Source: Escherichia phage EP1. From it: a DNA stretch of 64,000 nt. Both the position numbers and the translations under genes were made by a program. Positions 55,850 through 64,000 of this stretch are shown here, piece after piece (position 1 is the first letter of the stretch; each line of letters starts with the position of its first letter). The stretch is taken from the sequence record OR892555.1. One strand, written 5' to 3'. The notes under the pieces are model-generated. The model did no database searches. It was not told the DNA's origin and saw nothing but the letters and a program-made list of their open reading frames with translations.

Positions 55850-57202
55850 TTATTCGTAAGCCACTGTACCTTTCAAGTCAACATCCAAGATAGCACCTGC
55901 TAAGATACCTGCGAAGGTAACGTCTTTCAGGATACGAGCTTTCTTGTCTGCCAAAGCAACTTGAGAGGCTTTAGGAACATTAACTGTATAAGATGACAGG
56001 AAGTTTCTGTTAACTGCTCTTTGCAGAGAGGTTTCAATGACCTGACGAATACGGGTAATACCAGTATCATCATAAGTAATCTTACCACCCTTCTGATTAA
56101 TTAGCAAGTCTCTAAGAGAAGTTTTCAAGTCAGATTCTAACCAGTCAACACCACGGATGATATCAATCCATTCACCACCAGAAGTGATACCTCTACGTAC
56201 AACTGGAACACCGCCATCAAGGTCGATGAAGTTGCAGTGACGTACATCCAAAGCGGATTTCTGAATGCTTGTCAGAGGTCTCTGGTTAGCTGGCTGAAGA
56301 GATGCTTCAACACCAGTCAACTGAGCGTTACCCCAAGCAATGGAACCTGCGTCATATGGAGCACCATAAGCGATGTAAGCCATTTCTGGGTAGTCATAAC
56401 TTGCAGTGTGATGCCATAGGCAAACAGTACGTGTGTACATGCTCTTAGCAAGTTGTGCAGGAACATCAGAAGCTGATGCCAATTCAGTACCTTGCAGGGC
56501 AGCTACATCAGAGTTAGCTGTGAAGAAAATCTTCTTACGAGCCTGAATCTCAGAAGCCATTGCCAAGACGAACTGTGTAGTTCTATCTTCAGCAGCAATG
56601 AAGTACCAGTCAGTTGAGTACGTTTCAATTGCAGCCAGAGCAGTTGCAGCAGTATCAGCAGTTGTACCAGCGATTGATACAGTGTTGGTTGTTGATGTAA
56701 CTTTTACGAAGTCATTGTCACCAGCTTTTGTAACAATCATGGTTGCAGAGCTACCAGTACCTGTTACGTTGATAGTAACATCATCTTTGATTGTTTGGTC
56801 AGCTTCAATCTGCTCTTTAAACTGCGTCAGTACAATCAGAGCGGTGTCATCAGCTTGAGCAGTGTATTGGTATGGCTGAGAAACCCCACCACCTACAGCA
56901 ACCGTCAGAGAGTAATCTGTGCTTTCAGTTACTTCATCGGGGATTGAAACTGTATACTGCATAGCACGTCTACCAATATATAGCTGAGTTACTTTTGGAG
57001 TCTGACTCCATAGTTGTTTTGCAGCTTTATAAGCAGCAGTACTTTCACCGAAATCTTCAGCAACTTCAGTCAGAGAAGTATAGCCACGAACCCTTTCTTC
57101 AAAGTTGTCTGTTGACGCTAAGAATAATGGTAGACCAAAACCTTCTCTCGTAGTTCCTGCGGTGTTCAATGTAATATCTACATTAACAATTGGATTCCAC
57201 AT
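55850..57202 (-). CDS. contractile tail sheath protein
   Basis: 450 aa, upstream of tube/chaperone/tape-measure in canonical order. Confidence 0.6.
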   Translation of the reverse strand: MWNPIVNVDITLNTAGTTREGFGLPLFLASTDNFEERVRGYTSLTEVAEDFGESTAAYKAAKQLWSQTPKVTQLYIGRRAMQYTVSIPDEVTESTDYSLTVAVGGGVSQPYQYTAQADDTALIVLTQFKEQIEADQTIKDDVTINVTGTGSSATMIVTKAGDNDFVKVTSTTNTVSIAGTTADTAATALAAIETYSTDWYFIAAEDRTTQFVLAMASEIQARKKIFFTANSDVAALQGTELASASDVPAQLAKSMYTRTVCLWHHTASYDYPEMAYIAYGAPYDAGSIAWGNAQLTGVEASLQPANQRPLTSIQKSALDVRHCNFIDLDGGVPVVRRGITSGGEWIDIIRGVDWLESDLKTSLRDLLINQKGGKITYDDTGITRIRQVIETSLQRAVNRNFLSSYTVNVPKASQVALADKKARILKDVTFAGILAGAILDVDLKGTVAYE

Positions 57203-57802
57203 TTATTTTACCCCTTTGGAGTCTACATCTAGATGGATAGTATATTCTGGTGGCTCCTGTCCTTCCTCATAAACCAACTCACCATCAACGATAACGCACT
57301 CAATAATACCGCCACGTTCATCTTTCAAGACTGAGTTCATTACAAGGGTTACAACAAGAGGTGCAGAATTTTCGAAATCTGTATTAAGATAAGTGTAATC
57401 ATTCGGGATAGCTCCAGTATCAAGTACCGTAGCACCTGTCTGTTCAAGCAAGAAATCCCTTGTGGAACTCATCTCTAACCTTTGTTTTAGCTCCAGCATA
57501 ATACTGTGAGCACCTTTACCATTTACAGTAATTAGTACGGGAATCTGAAAAGCAATTCGATAACAAACTACATCATCTTCCACGAATTTATCAAGTAGCC
57601 AACCATAAGGTGTTGTAGCATCTTGGCAGTATACTGTAATGAATGGCTGGTCAGGTTTTAAACCTTTATCGTTAGAGTTGTCAGAGGGGTAAGCCCTAAT
57701 AACGTTTGGTCTGTTATTCTTATCACGCGCTAATCGGTGACCAATAACATCTGCCAAAGTTCTGACAATCCCTTTCTCAAGTTCTGCTGTTTCTAACTGC
57801 AT
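57203..57802 (-). CDS. putative tail completion / sheath-proximal structural protein
   Basis: 199-aa ORF, by position. Confidence 0.45.
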   Translation of the reverse strand: MQLETAELEKGIVRTLADVIGHRLARDKNNRPNVIRAYPSDNSNDKGLKPDQPFITVYCQDATTPYGWLLDKFVEDDVVCYRIAFQIPVLITVNGKGAHSIMLELKQRLEMSSTRDFLLEQTGATVLDTGAIPNDYTYLNTDFENSAPLVVTLVMNSVLKDERGGIIECVIVDGELVYEEGQEPPEYTIHLDVDSKGVK

Positions 57803-58178
57803 TCATTTTATCCCTTCTAATAATGATATATTCATAATGGGATGTGTAAGCTAATTGATTTGACCAGTCCATTGTCATAAATACTTCGTACTCGTGACCA
57901 TCAATCATCACAATATCGGATTCAGTCCAGTCAACATCATCAGATGCTCTCAACTTAGCTACAGTATAAAGGATTCTGGTATCAGTCAGACGAATACCTT
58001 CCGGTAAGACAATCTGCGTACCATTCTTTACAGAACCCTTAATATATGGCTGGATATTACCTTTGCAGTTAATCTCTACAATATCTTCTGAAGCTACCCA
58101 ATCACCATCGTTATTGTAATAACCATCTTCAGATACTTTGCGCTTAACTACAAAGCGGTGTCTGTTTAAGAGTCTCAT
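57777..58178 (-). CDS. putative head-tail joining protein
   Basis: 133-aa ORF, by position. Confidence 0.45.
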   Translation of the reverse strand: MRLLNRHRFVVKRKVSEDGYYNNDGDWVASEDIVEINCKGNIQPYIKGSVKNGTQIVLPEGIRLTDTRILYTVAKLRASDDVDWTESDIVMIDGHEYEVFMTMDWSNQLAYTSHYEYIIIRRDKMNAVRNSRT

Positions 58179-58657
58179 TTCTTAATACCTTTTTTAGTAG
58201 AAATTTTATAAGCAAGCTTGTCTCTCAAATCACCTGTCTCTACAAGAGGTGCGTTAAAACCTTTTTTCTTGACTGTGGAAGGTGCGTTAGGAGGAAGGAT
58301 AGCAGTATTACCGAAACCTCTTTTAATTGACTTCTGAGCACTCTTTGCAAATGCTTCCAAAGTATTTGTGGGGTCTACGTTAAGACTGTTAAGTTGCTTA
58401 TAGAGATTCTTCTTAGTCTGCTCTAACAAGGTCTGTCTGTTTAGCATCATAGTGATTTCAAACAACCTACGATATACTTTACCAGAAGCTGAGGGAACCC
58501 CAATAACTTCGTGTAAATACATTAAAGCAGGATAAGAAAAACCAGAGCTATGTTGACCTTGTTCTTGAAAATACCCAACTTGAGCATTAGCCGTATGCAA
58601 GTTCTTCATAGCCCCGACTAATTTAGCTCTAGCGGGGTGAATAACCCTTTTAACCAT
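58175..58657 (-). CDS. putative head-tail joining / head completion protein
   Basis: 160-aa ORF, by position. Confidence 0.45.
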   Translation of the reverse strand: MVKRVIHPARAKLVGAMKNLHTANAQVGYFQEQGQHSSGFSYPALMYLHEVIGVPSASGKVYRRLFEITMMLNRQTLLEQTKKNLYKQLNSLNVDPTNTLEAFAKSAQKSIKRGFGNTAILPPNAPSTVKKKGFNAPLVETGDLRDKLAYKISTKKGIKK

Positions 58658-59109
58658 TATTCATCTCGCTCGATAATAAATACGCCATTGACATTAGGGC
58701 AGAAGTCTCTACCATGATATCTAGCAGCATCGCCATATTCAGTATATTTCTTGACAGAGCAAGGATTCTGTTGACGTCTGATATCAATATCACACTGACT
58801 AATCCCACCCGCATAAGGTAGACCAGACACTGAACTTTTAATCAGGTCGTCGTAGACAGCTTTTAGAGACTTGAATCTGGAAGAGTTACGTAAGTAAACA
58901 CCACCAACTTTCTCATCTCCCATCTTGGCTACTTGAAAGAGTAAATATTTAAGAGCTTTGATGGCTGCTTTCTTTTCGTCTTTACCAGATTCCACATAGA
59001 ACCACTCTAGCACCGACTGTTCAATAAGAAGTTCATCGTTATTGGTGTCGGTGCAGAGGATTCTTACTCTATCAAGAGGGTTATTGGCTGGGTCGCCTGT
59101 ATAACACAT
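58657..59109 (-). CDS. putative head-tail adaptor protein
   Basis: 150-aa ORF directly after major capsid gene. Confidence 0.45.
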   Translation of the reverse strand: MCYTGDPANNPLDRVRILCTDTNNDELLIEQSVLEWFYVESGKDEKKAAIKALKYLLFQVAKMGDEKVGGVYLRNSSRFKSLKAVYDDLIKSSVSGLPYAGGISQCDIDIRRQQNPCSVKKYTEYGDAARYHGRDFCPNVNGVFIIERDE

Positions 59110-59130
59110 TTATAACCCTCCTTTCAAGTA

Positions 59131-60243
59131 TTAGTCTTGTGGTGCAGCGTCAGAACGAACGTCTACCAGCAACTGAGGACGTGTGCAGTATGGCAGCATG
59201 TAAGAGTGAGCTTCGAAGTCAATACCTTCGTCACGGTCTTTTTCGTATTCGAATACATACAGTTCCTGACCAAGAGTATTTGCGTAACCCATCTTCGGAC
59301 ATGGGCCATATGCAACTTCGAAGATGTTGTTAGCTTCACCCAACATAGAAACGTTAGGGAACGCATGACCAACACCTACAGTGTTTGCTACGCCGTCGAT
59401 GCTTACCAGAACGTGAGTCTTACCACGCTTATCTTGGAACTTACCGTTGTACTGTACAAACTTCACACCACCGTAGTAGAATGTGTTCATATGAGCCTGA
59501 ACGCCATCAGTACCACCAGTTCTCAGAGAGCCAGTAATCTGCTGCCAAGCCAGTGGAGTCTGCTGTGCAAGGTATGCGTCACGAATCTTCGGATGCTTGA
59601 TAAGCTTGCTGAAGAACAGACGGTCAACAACTACGTGAATTTCTTCACCGTTGATAACTGTACCAATCTTAGCTTCATCTTCCATGTGCATACGAAGTTC
59701 TTCGATAGCAGCGTCGATATCAGCGTTTGGATTGTCAAGGTCAAAGTAAACAGTCTTCTTCTCAACGTCAAACTGCTTGAACAGGTCAGCATAAAGAACA
59801 CCATTAGCGTCGATTACTTTACCCTTCAGAGCTTGCATAAACAAGAACTCACGAGTAATATCGAACTTGGTACGAATCTTCATCAGCTTACGAGCACGAA
59901 CGATAGCTTCAGTAGTCAGTTCGTTTGCAGTGCCTGGGCGACGTACACCCTGAATTTCATCAGGAGTGATGCTTTCAATTTCTTTGAAATACATCATTGG
60001 GAAGCTAATCTGCTTAACTTTCTCTGGAGCGCTCGTTTCAGCTTTGCGGCTGGTACGGTCTACAGCATCCAGTAAGCTAACATCAGACTCAGTTAAATCC
60101 ATCAGGAAAGTGGTCTGAGTGGTTGGAGCAGAACGGAAAAGACCCAAACCGGAAATATAACCGTAAGTATTTGGGATAGACTGGACTTCACCAGTCAGGT
60201 CAGCAAGGAAAAATCTGCTTTGTTCAGAATTGATTAATGCCAT
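59131..60243 (-). CDS. major capsid protein (lambda E-like family)
   Basis: 370 aa; C-terminal half resembles the lambda gpE pattern; follows decoration and protease/scaffold genes. Confidence 0.75.
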   Translation of the reverse strand: MALINSEQSRFFLADLTGEVQSIPNTYGYISGLGLFRSAPTTQTTFLMDLTESDVSLLDAVDRTSRKAETSAPEKVKQISFPMMYFKEIESITPDEIQGVRRPGTANELTTEAIVRARKLMKIRTKFDITREFLFMQALKGKVIDANGVLYADLFKQFDVEKKTVYFDLDNPNADIDAAIEELRMHMEDEAKIGTVINGEEIHVVVDRLFFSKLIKHPKIRDAYLAQQTPLAWQQITGSLRTGGTDGVQAHMNTFYYGGVKFVQYNGKFQDKRGKTHVLVSIDGVANTVGVGHAFPNVSMLGEANNIFEVAYGPCPKMGYANTLGQELYVFEYEKDRDEGIDFEAHSYMLPYCTRPQLLVDVRSDAAPQD

Positions 60244-60273
60244 TATAAAATTCTCCAGAATGTCTTATTGTTA

Positions 60274-60651
60274 TTACAGGCCAGTTGGTACGAAATCAAT
60301 GCCTTTCGCTTTAAGAGCAGTCTTAACAGCGTCAGCATCAACACCTTCAGCCAGAGTTAAGAGGTCTTTAAGTTCAGCATCACGGAAGATACCAACAACT
60401 TTCAACTGACCATGATAAGACAGTTGCAGGTCTGCGTAGAAGTTAACGATGCAAACAGAGTCAGCCTGAGCTTCTTCACCTGCTGCAACTTTAGTACCAT
60501 CAGCTTTCAGAACTTCACCTACACGGTAGTCTGTTGAAGCTACTGGTTCATACACTTTACGAGAGTGACCATTTGGTGTAATCTGTTCCCAAAGAATGAT
60601 ATCATTCAGTGGTTCTCTGTTACCTAAGTGAGTAAAACCTTGATATGCCAT
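60274..60651 (-). CDS. head decoration protein (lambda D-like)
   Basis: 125 aa between protease/scaffold and capsid genes. Confidence 0.55.
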   Translation of the reverse strand: MAYQGFTHLGNREPLNDIILWEQITPNGHSRKVYEPVASTDYRVGEVLKADGTKVAAGEEAQADSVCIVNFYADLQLSYHGQLKVVGIFRDAELKDLLTLAEGVDADAVKTALKAKGIDFVPTGL

Positions 60652-60662
60652 TATGTGTTTCC

Positions 60663-62015
60663 TTAATTGATAAGAGATTTCAAAGCATTCTGGAGAGCCA
60701 GTTTGCGTTGTTCTGCGGTGTCATCAGAAGCCTTTTCAGAAGGTTTTTCTTCATCAACCAGTTCTGCTTCACCGTCATTACCCATTTCTTCCATTGCATT
60801 AGAGTGTTCCAGAACAGCACCAGCAGTTTCTTTCAGCTTAGTGATTTCTGAATCTTTCTCCGACATTGCAGAAGCATGAGCCGCGATAGTTTCATTTAGT
60901 TTCTGGTTAGCACCTTCCATAGCATTCATAAAGAGAACACTCAGAGGGTTGTCAAGACCAGCGCCTAAGATAGCCTGAGCAGCTTCTGTTGCGTCAAACC
61001 CGAAAGCTTCAGCAGAAGCAGAAATCTTACCAGTCAGTTCAGACATAGTTTTTTCCTGTTCTTTTGCTTTCATCTGAGCAACCTGAGCGCGTAGAGCCTC
61101 TAGTTCTTGCTTTTCTTGTTCAGTCATTTCTTCACCTGAATTGTTAACGTTTAAACTTACAGGAGCTTCGTCAGAACCTTGTAAGTAATTTAAGAAATCA
61201 TCTTGAGACATGATTGAATTAATTAAACCAAGTTCAAGAGCTTCCTGAGCAGAATAAACATTCGCCTCAGTATTCTTTACAGCTTCTTCAGAGATGTTAC
61301 GTGCATCAGCTACAAAACCTGTGAAGGTGTTATAGGTGTCATTAATTCTCTGTTGAAGTCTTGTTTTGCTTTCTTCTGAGAGTGCTTGGAATGGAGAACC
61401 CAAACCTTTAAATTCACCAGCTTTAATAACGTTAATTGTAACGCCATTCTTTTCAAATGCTTTAGTTAATTCTTGGTGAACCATAATTACACCGATTGAA
61501 CCAACATCTGCATCTGGTGATGCAATTACTTCATCAGCAGAACATGCAAGTGCATATGCAGCGGAACATGCGAACTCATCAACATATGCTACAATTTTCT
61601 TTTTGCCTCTGGAGGCTACGATGTGACGTGCTAATTCAAAACAACCTGAAGCTTCACCACCACCAGAATCAACGTGCAGTACAATTGTCTTAATAGATTC
61701 ATCTGCTAAAGCTTCGTCGAAGCCTCTGCGTAAACCTTCATAAGAACTTAGACCACCAGTACACATTGCATCCATAAATGTCATACGATGTGTTAGGCCA
61801 CCCATAATAGGAATAATAGCAATGTCGTCTTTGACTTTTAAAAGACTTCTTGCCTCACCTTTAGGTTTGTCGAAATTGACTGCTGCTTGAACTTCACCTA
61901 ACAAGCGGTTATTTACATAAGTCGCTGCTGAGTGAGCTAGAGATTCAGTGGCTAGTAAAGGCTGGTTGAATAATCTATCAGCAAGTCTGAAGATATTCGA
62001 ACTCATTTTACTCAC
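60663..62015 (-). CDS. prohead protease (S49/ClpP-like) with C-terminal coiled-coil scaffold-like domain
   Basis: IVLHVDSGGGEASG...CSAAYALACSADEV...GSIGVIMVHQ protease core; Glu/Ala/Lys-rich C-terminus. Confidence 0.75.
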   Translation of the reverse strand: MSKMSSNIFRLADRLFNQPLLATESLAHSAATYVNNRLLGEVQAAVNFDKPKGEARSLLKVKDDIAIIPIMGGLTHRMTFMDAMCTGGLSSYEGLRRGFDEALADESIKTIVLHVDSGGGEASGCFELARHIVASRGKKKIVAYVDEFACSAAYALACSADEVIASPDADVGSIGVIMVHQELTKAFEKNGVTINVIKAGEFKGLGSPFQALSEESKTRLQQRINDTYNTFTGFVADARNISEEAVKNTEANVYSAQEALELGLINSIMSQDDFLNYLQGSDEAPVSLNVNNSGEEMTEQEKQELEALRAQVAQMKAKEQEKTMSELTGKISASAEAFGFDATEAAQAILGAGLDNPLSVLFMNAMEGANQKLNETIAAHASAMSEKDSEITKLKETAGAVLEHSNAMEEMGNDGEAELVDEEKPSEKASDDTAEQRKLALQNALKSLIN

Positions 62016-62016
62016 C

Positions 62017-62349
62017 CTATTTGTTTAAATCCACCGATACTGAAGCGATAACATAGATACCTTCTTCAGCAAAGAATTGAGGGCTGCTAAGAGCACCTGT
62101 TGCCACGCATTTATCGTTGGCATCCCATAGGCTATAGTGTGAGACCGTTGCAGAAGCTGGCACAGTGATATTAACTGTGTCTTCTGAGGCAATTAAGCCA
62201 TTGTTCGGTTCAGAGAAATAAATAGCCACTGGCTGAGTAACCTTATTTGCTGTAGGGTCTGCCGTTGGGTCTACATTGTGTAAAACAATAGTCGTTGGGG
62301 TTAGCGTGGCGAGGATTTTATTCTTACCATCAATAGTTAATGTTCCCAT
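62017..62349 (-). CDS. hypothetical head-module protein
   Basis: 110-aa Thr/Val-rich ORF between portal and protease. Confidence 0.4.
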   Translation of the reverse strand: MGTLTIDGKNKILATLTPTTIVLHNVDPTADPTANKVTQPVAIYFSEPNNGLIASEDTVNITVPASATVSHYSLWDANDKCVATGALSSPQFFAEEGIYVIASVSVDLNK

Positions 62350-62849
62350 TAATTGAACCTTACTTTCTGTTTAAGGACTGTTGAATGGTTACCAGATTCA
62401 TCCACCACATTTACAATCATATCATATACTTTACCTTTGACAAGTACTTTGTAATCATTTTGTGAAAAAATGTACTCAAGTCTGTTAGACTCTTTGTTTA
62501 CTGTCATTGGAGATTGAAATGCTGTGTCAATGGTAATGAACGCAGCTTCAACGCTATTAACGTTTATACGTTTATTCTCACAGTTATATAACTTTACACC
62601 CAAAAGGCATGAACTGTCAAATGGAATTTTAACAATTTCACTACAATTGTTTGAAATAAACGAATTTCCGTCCATTGGGGCATCAAGTAACCTGCAAATA
62701 GTGAAAACGTTAGAGGTTCCACCATCACTTACATAACCTGAAAGGCTGACCCTTGAGCCAGCCTCCACAGATAATGTATCAGTAATAACCAGAACACCTC
62801 TATACGAATGCACTCGTGTAGCATTTGAAATAGAGATAACTTCAGCCAT
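62349..62849 (-). CDS. hypothetical head-module protein
   Basis: 166-aa ORF between portal and protease. Confidence 0.4.
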   Translation of the reverse strand: MAEVISISNATRVHSYRGVLVITDTLSVEAGSRVSLSGYVSDGGTSNVFTICRLLDAPMDGNSFISNNCSEIVKIPFDSSCLLGVKLYNCENKRINVNSVEAAFITIDTAFQSPMTVNKESNRLEYIFSQNDYKVLVKGKVYDMIVNVVDESGNHSTVLKQKVRFN

Positions 62850-64000
62850 TATTTATTTGCCTTATTCGCTGTACTTGGGTCTTTTGCTGAAGGGGTCTTT
62901 GCAGTCCCCTCTCCGGCAGTCTTATAACCATCACCTGAACGACTTTGAGTGTTAGGAGATAATTCTTCAGACACAGGTTGGGACTCATCAGCAGGTGGTA
63001 AGCCAATGTGTTCTCTAAGCTTGTTAGACAGTTCCTTATCAACTTCCATAGCACCAACTGCAACGGTCTTCTGGATATAAGCACCGATAGCTTCAAGGTC
63101 TGGAGTTTCAATGTCGTCATAAACGATTTGGACGTGTTCTTCGTCATCCCACATATTCAGAGCGTAAGTCTGTGCTACTAGGTCACGGTTAATTACGTTT
63201 CTGATTTGTTTCAGAAGAATATCTACAGACATTGCAAGTAAACTTGTCTTAGAATCTGCTAAAGAGAATGAACCGTATTTTGACTGACCCATTGCAAGAA
63301 CATCTGACATAAACGCCATCATAATCTGCTTAGAATAACGGTCAATAATAGCTCCAGTATCATAAGCCTTTGCACCCTGTCTAGACACTAATGAGAACTC
63401 AAAGATATCCTCTTTAGTTTCTGGGTCGATGAATCTAGGCCAGATTAAACCTGCTCGGTCATTTGCAATCATATCATTAACTACAGATTTGCAGTATTCT
63501 ACGAAAGCTTTCTTTTCAGGTTCAGCATTCTCATCCAGATAATCAGGTGGTAAACCAATCTTTGGCATACCTACTAAATCTCTGGAAACACCAACTGCTT
63601 CGTACTCTTCAATTTGGACTTTATATTTCCAAGGTACATAAGCATTAAGTAATGGTGAACGACCTTCTGGGTTACCGTATTCATCATCATATTTGAACAG
63701 CAAGAATTTACTTCTTGGAAGTTTTCTTGTTAATGGCTGTTCAGCCATATTAATAGCTCCAGCAATGTGTGAAACGTTTCTCAGATTCTGTCTAACACCT
63801 GTTACTTTTCGATAGTCTGAATCAAAATACCATTTATCAAGTGTTGATTGGTTTCTGATGGGGAGTTTAGCCCAACCAATTAAACCATCATTATATCTCG
63901 AAGGGTATTTCCCTTTATTACCCTGACGCTTCTTGTAAACTTTCTCATTCACGCAGAATCCGTAAGTGCAGAATGACATTACAGAGTTAATAAAGTCAGC
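62849..64000 (-). CDS. portal protein, 5'-truncated by the window edge
   Basis: frame stays open upstream of the track ATG to position 64000; sits upstream of protease/scaffold and capsid genes. Confidence 0.55.
   Translation of the reverse strand, partial: ADFINSVMSFCTYGFCVNEKVYKKRQGNKGKYPSRYNDGLIGWAKLPIRNQSTLDKWYFDSDYRKVTGVRQNLRNVSHIAGAINMAEQPLTRKLPRSKFLLFKYDDEYGNPEGRSPLLNAYVPWKYKVQIEEYEAVGVSRDLVGMPKIGLPPDYLDENAEPEKKAFVEYCKSVVNDMIANDRAGLIWPRFIDPETKEDIFEFSLVSRQGAKAYDTGAIIDRYSKQIMMAFMSDVLAMGQSKYGSFSLADSKTSLLAMSVDILLKQIRNVINRDLVAQTYALNMWDDEEHVQIVYDDIETPDLEAIGAYIQKTVAVGAMEVDKELSNKLREHIGLPPADESQPVSEELSPNTQSRSGDGYKTAGEGTAKTPSAKDPSTANKANK

Noticed and set aside
59137-60075. 312-aa plus-strand ORF antisense to the major capsid gene, and similar long antisense ORFs (7421-8338, 3462-3995, 17515-17991, 25099-25584)
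   Set aside because: Each is fully nested antisense within a well-supported gene, with low-complexity or Cys/His-rich composition; these look like frame shadows rather than genes.

Overview
This window reads as a densely coded, AT-rich segment of a virulent tailed-phage genome with a contractile-tail (myovirus-like) structural module. It has three transcription blocks. (1) 1-32318, minus strand: six copies of a repeated sigma70-like promoter/leader cassette driving small early ORFs; a ~470 bp ORF-free repeat region; a macro-domain protein; a lysis-like cluster (signal-peptide lytic transglycosylase plus overlapping spanin-like pair); rIIA/rIIB; an adjacent Prs-family + Nampt-family pair (NAD+ salvage/reconstitution); anaerobic (nrdD/nrdG) and aerobic (nrdA/nrdB plus redoxin) ribonucleotide reductases; flap exonuclease, SSB-like protein, T7-type primase-helicase and dNMP kinase. 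(2) 32576-42194, plus strand: family A DNA polymerase, HNH-AP2 homing endonuclease, ATP-dependent DNA ligase, an HTH regulator, DHFR and thymidylate synthase. (3) 42234-64000, minus strand: two tail fibres with His-x-His repeat tips, baseplate genes, tape measure, tail assembly chaperone with a predicted -1 frameshift, tube, sheath, and lambda-like head genes (E-like capsid, decoration, S49 protease/scaffold, portal truncated at the window edge). Blocks are separated by a divergent promoter region (32319-32575) and a bidirectional terminator (42201-42240). Gene content resembles Felix O1-like phages; this is inference from memory, not a search. No tRNA, CRISPR array, integrase or transposase was seen. 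All calls rest on reading the supplied ORF translations and the sequence; the ORF track uses non-ATG starts in places, so several starts were moved to an internal ATG with a Shine-Dalgarno sequence. The strongest candidates for something new are the NAD+/ADP-ribose genes (Prs-like + Nampt-like pair and macro-domain protein), the repeat region at 2660-3110, and the clusters of small early ORFs; none can be resolved without homology or structure searches.
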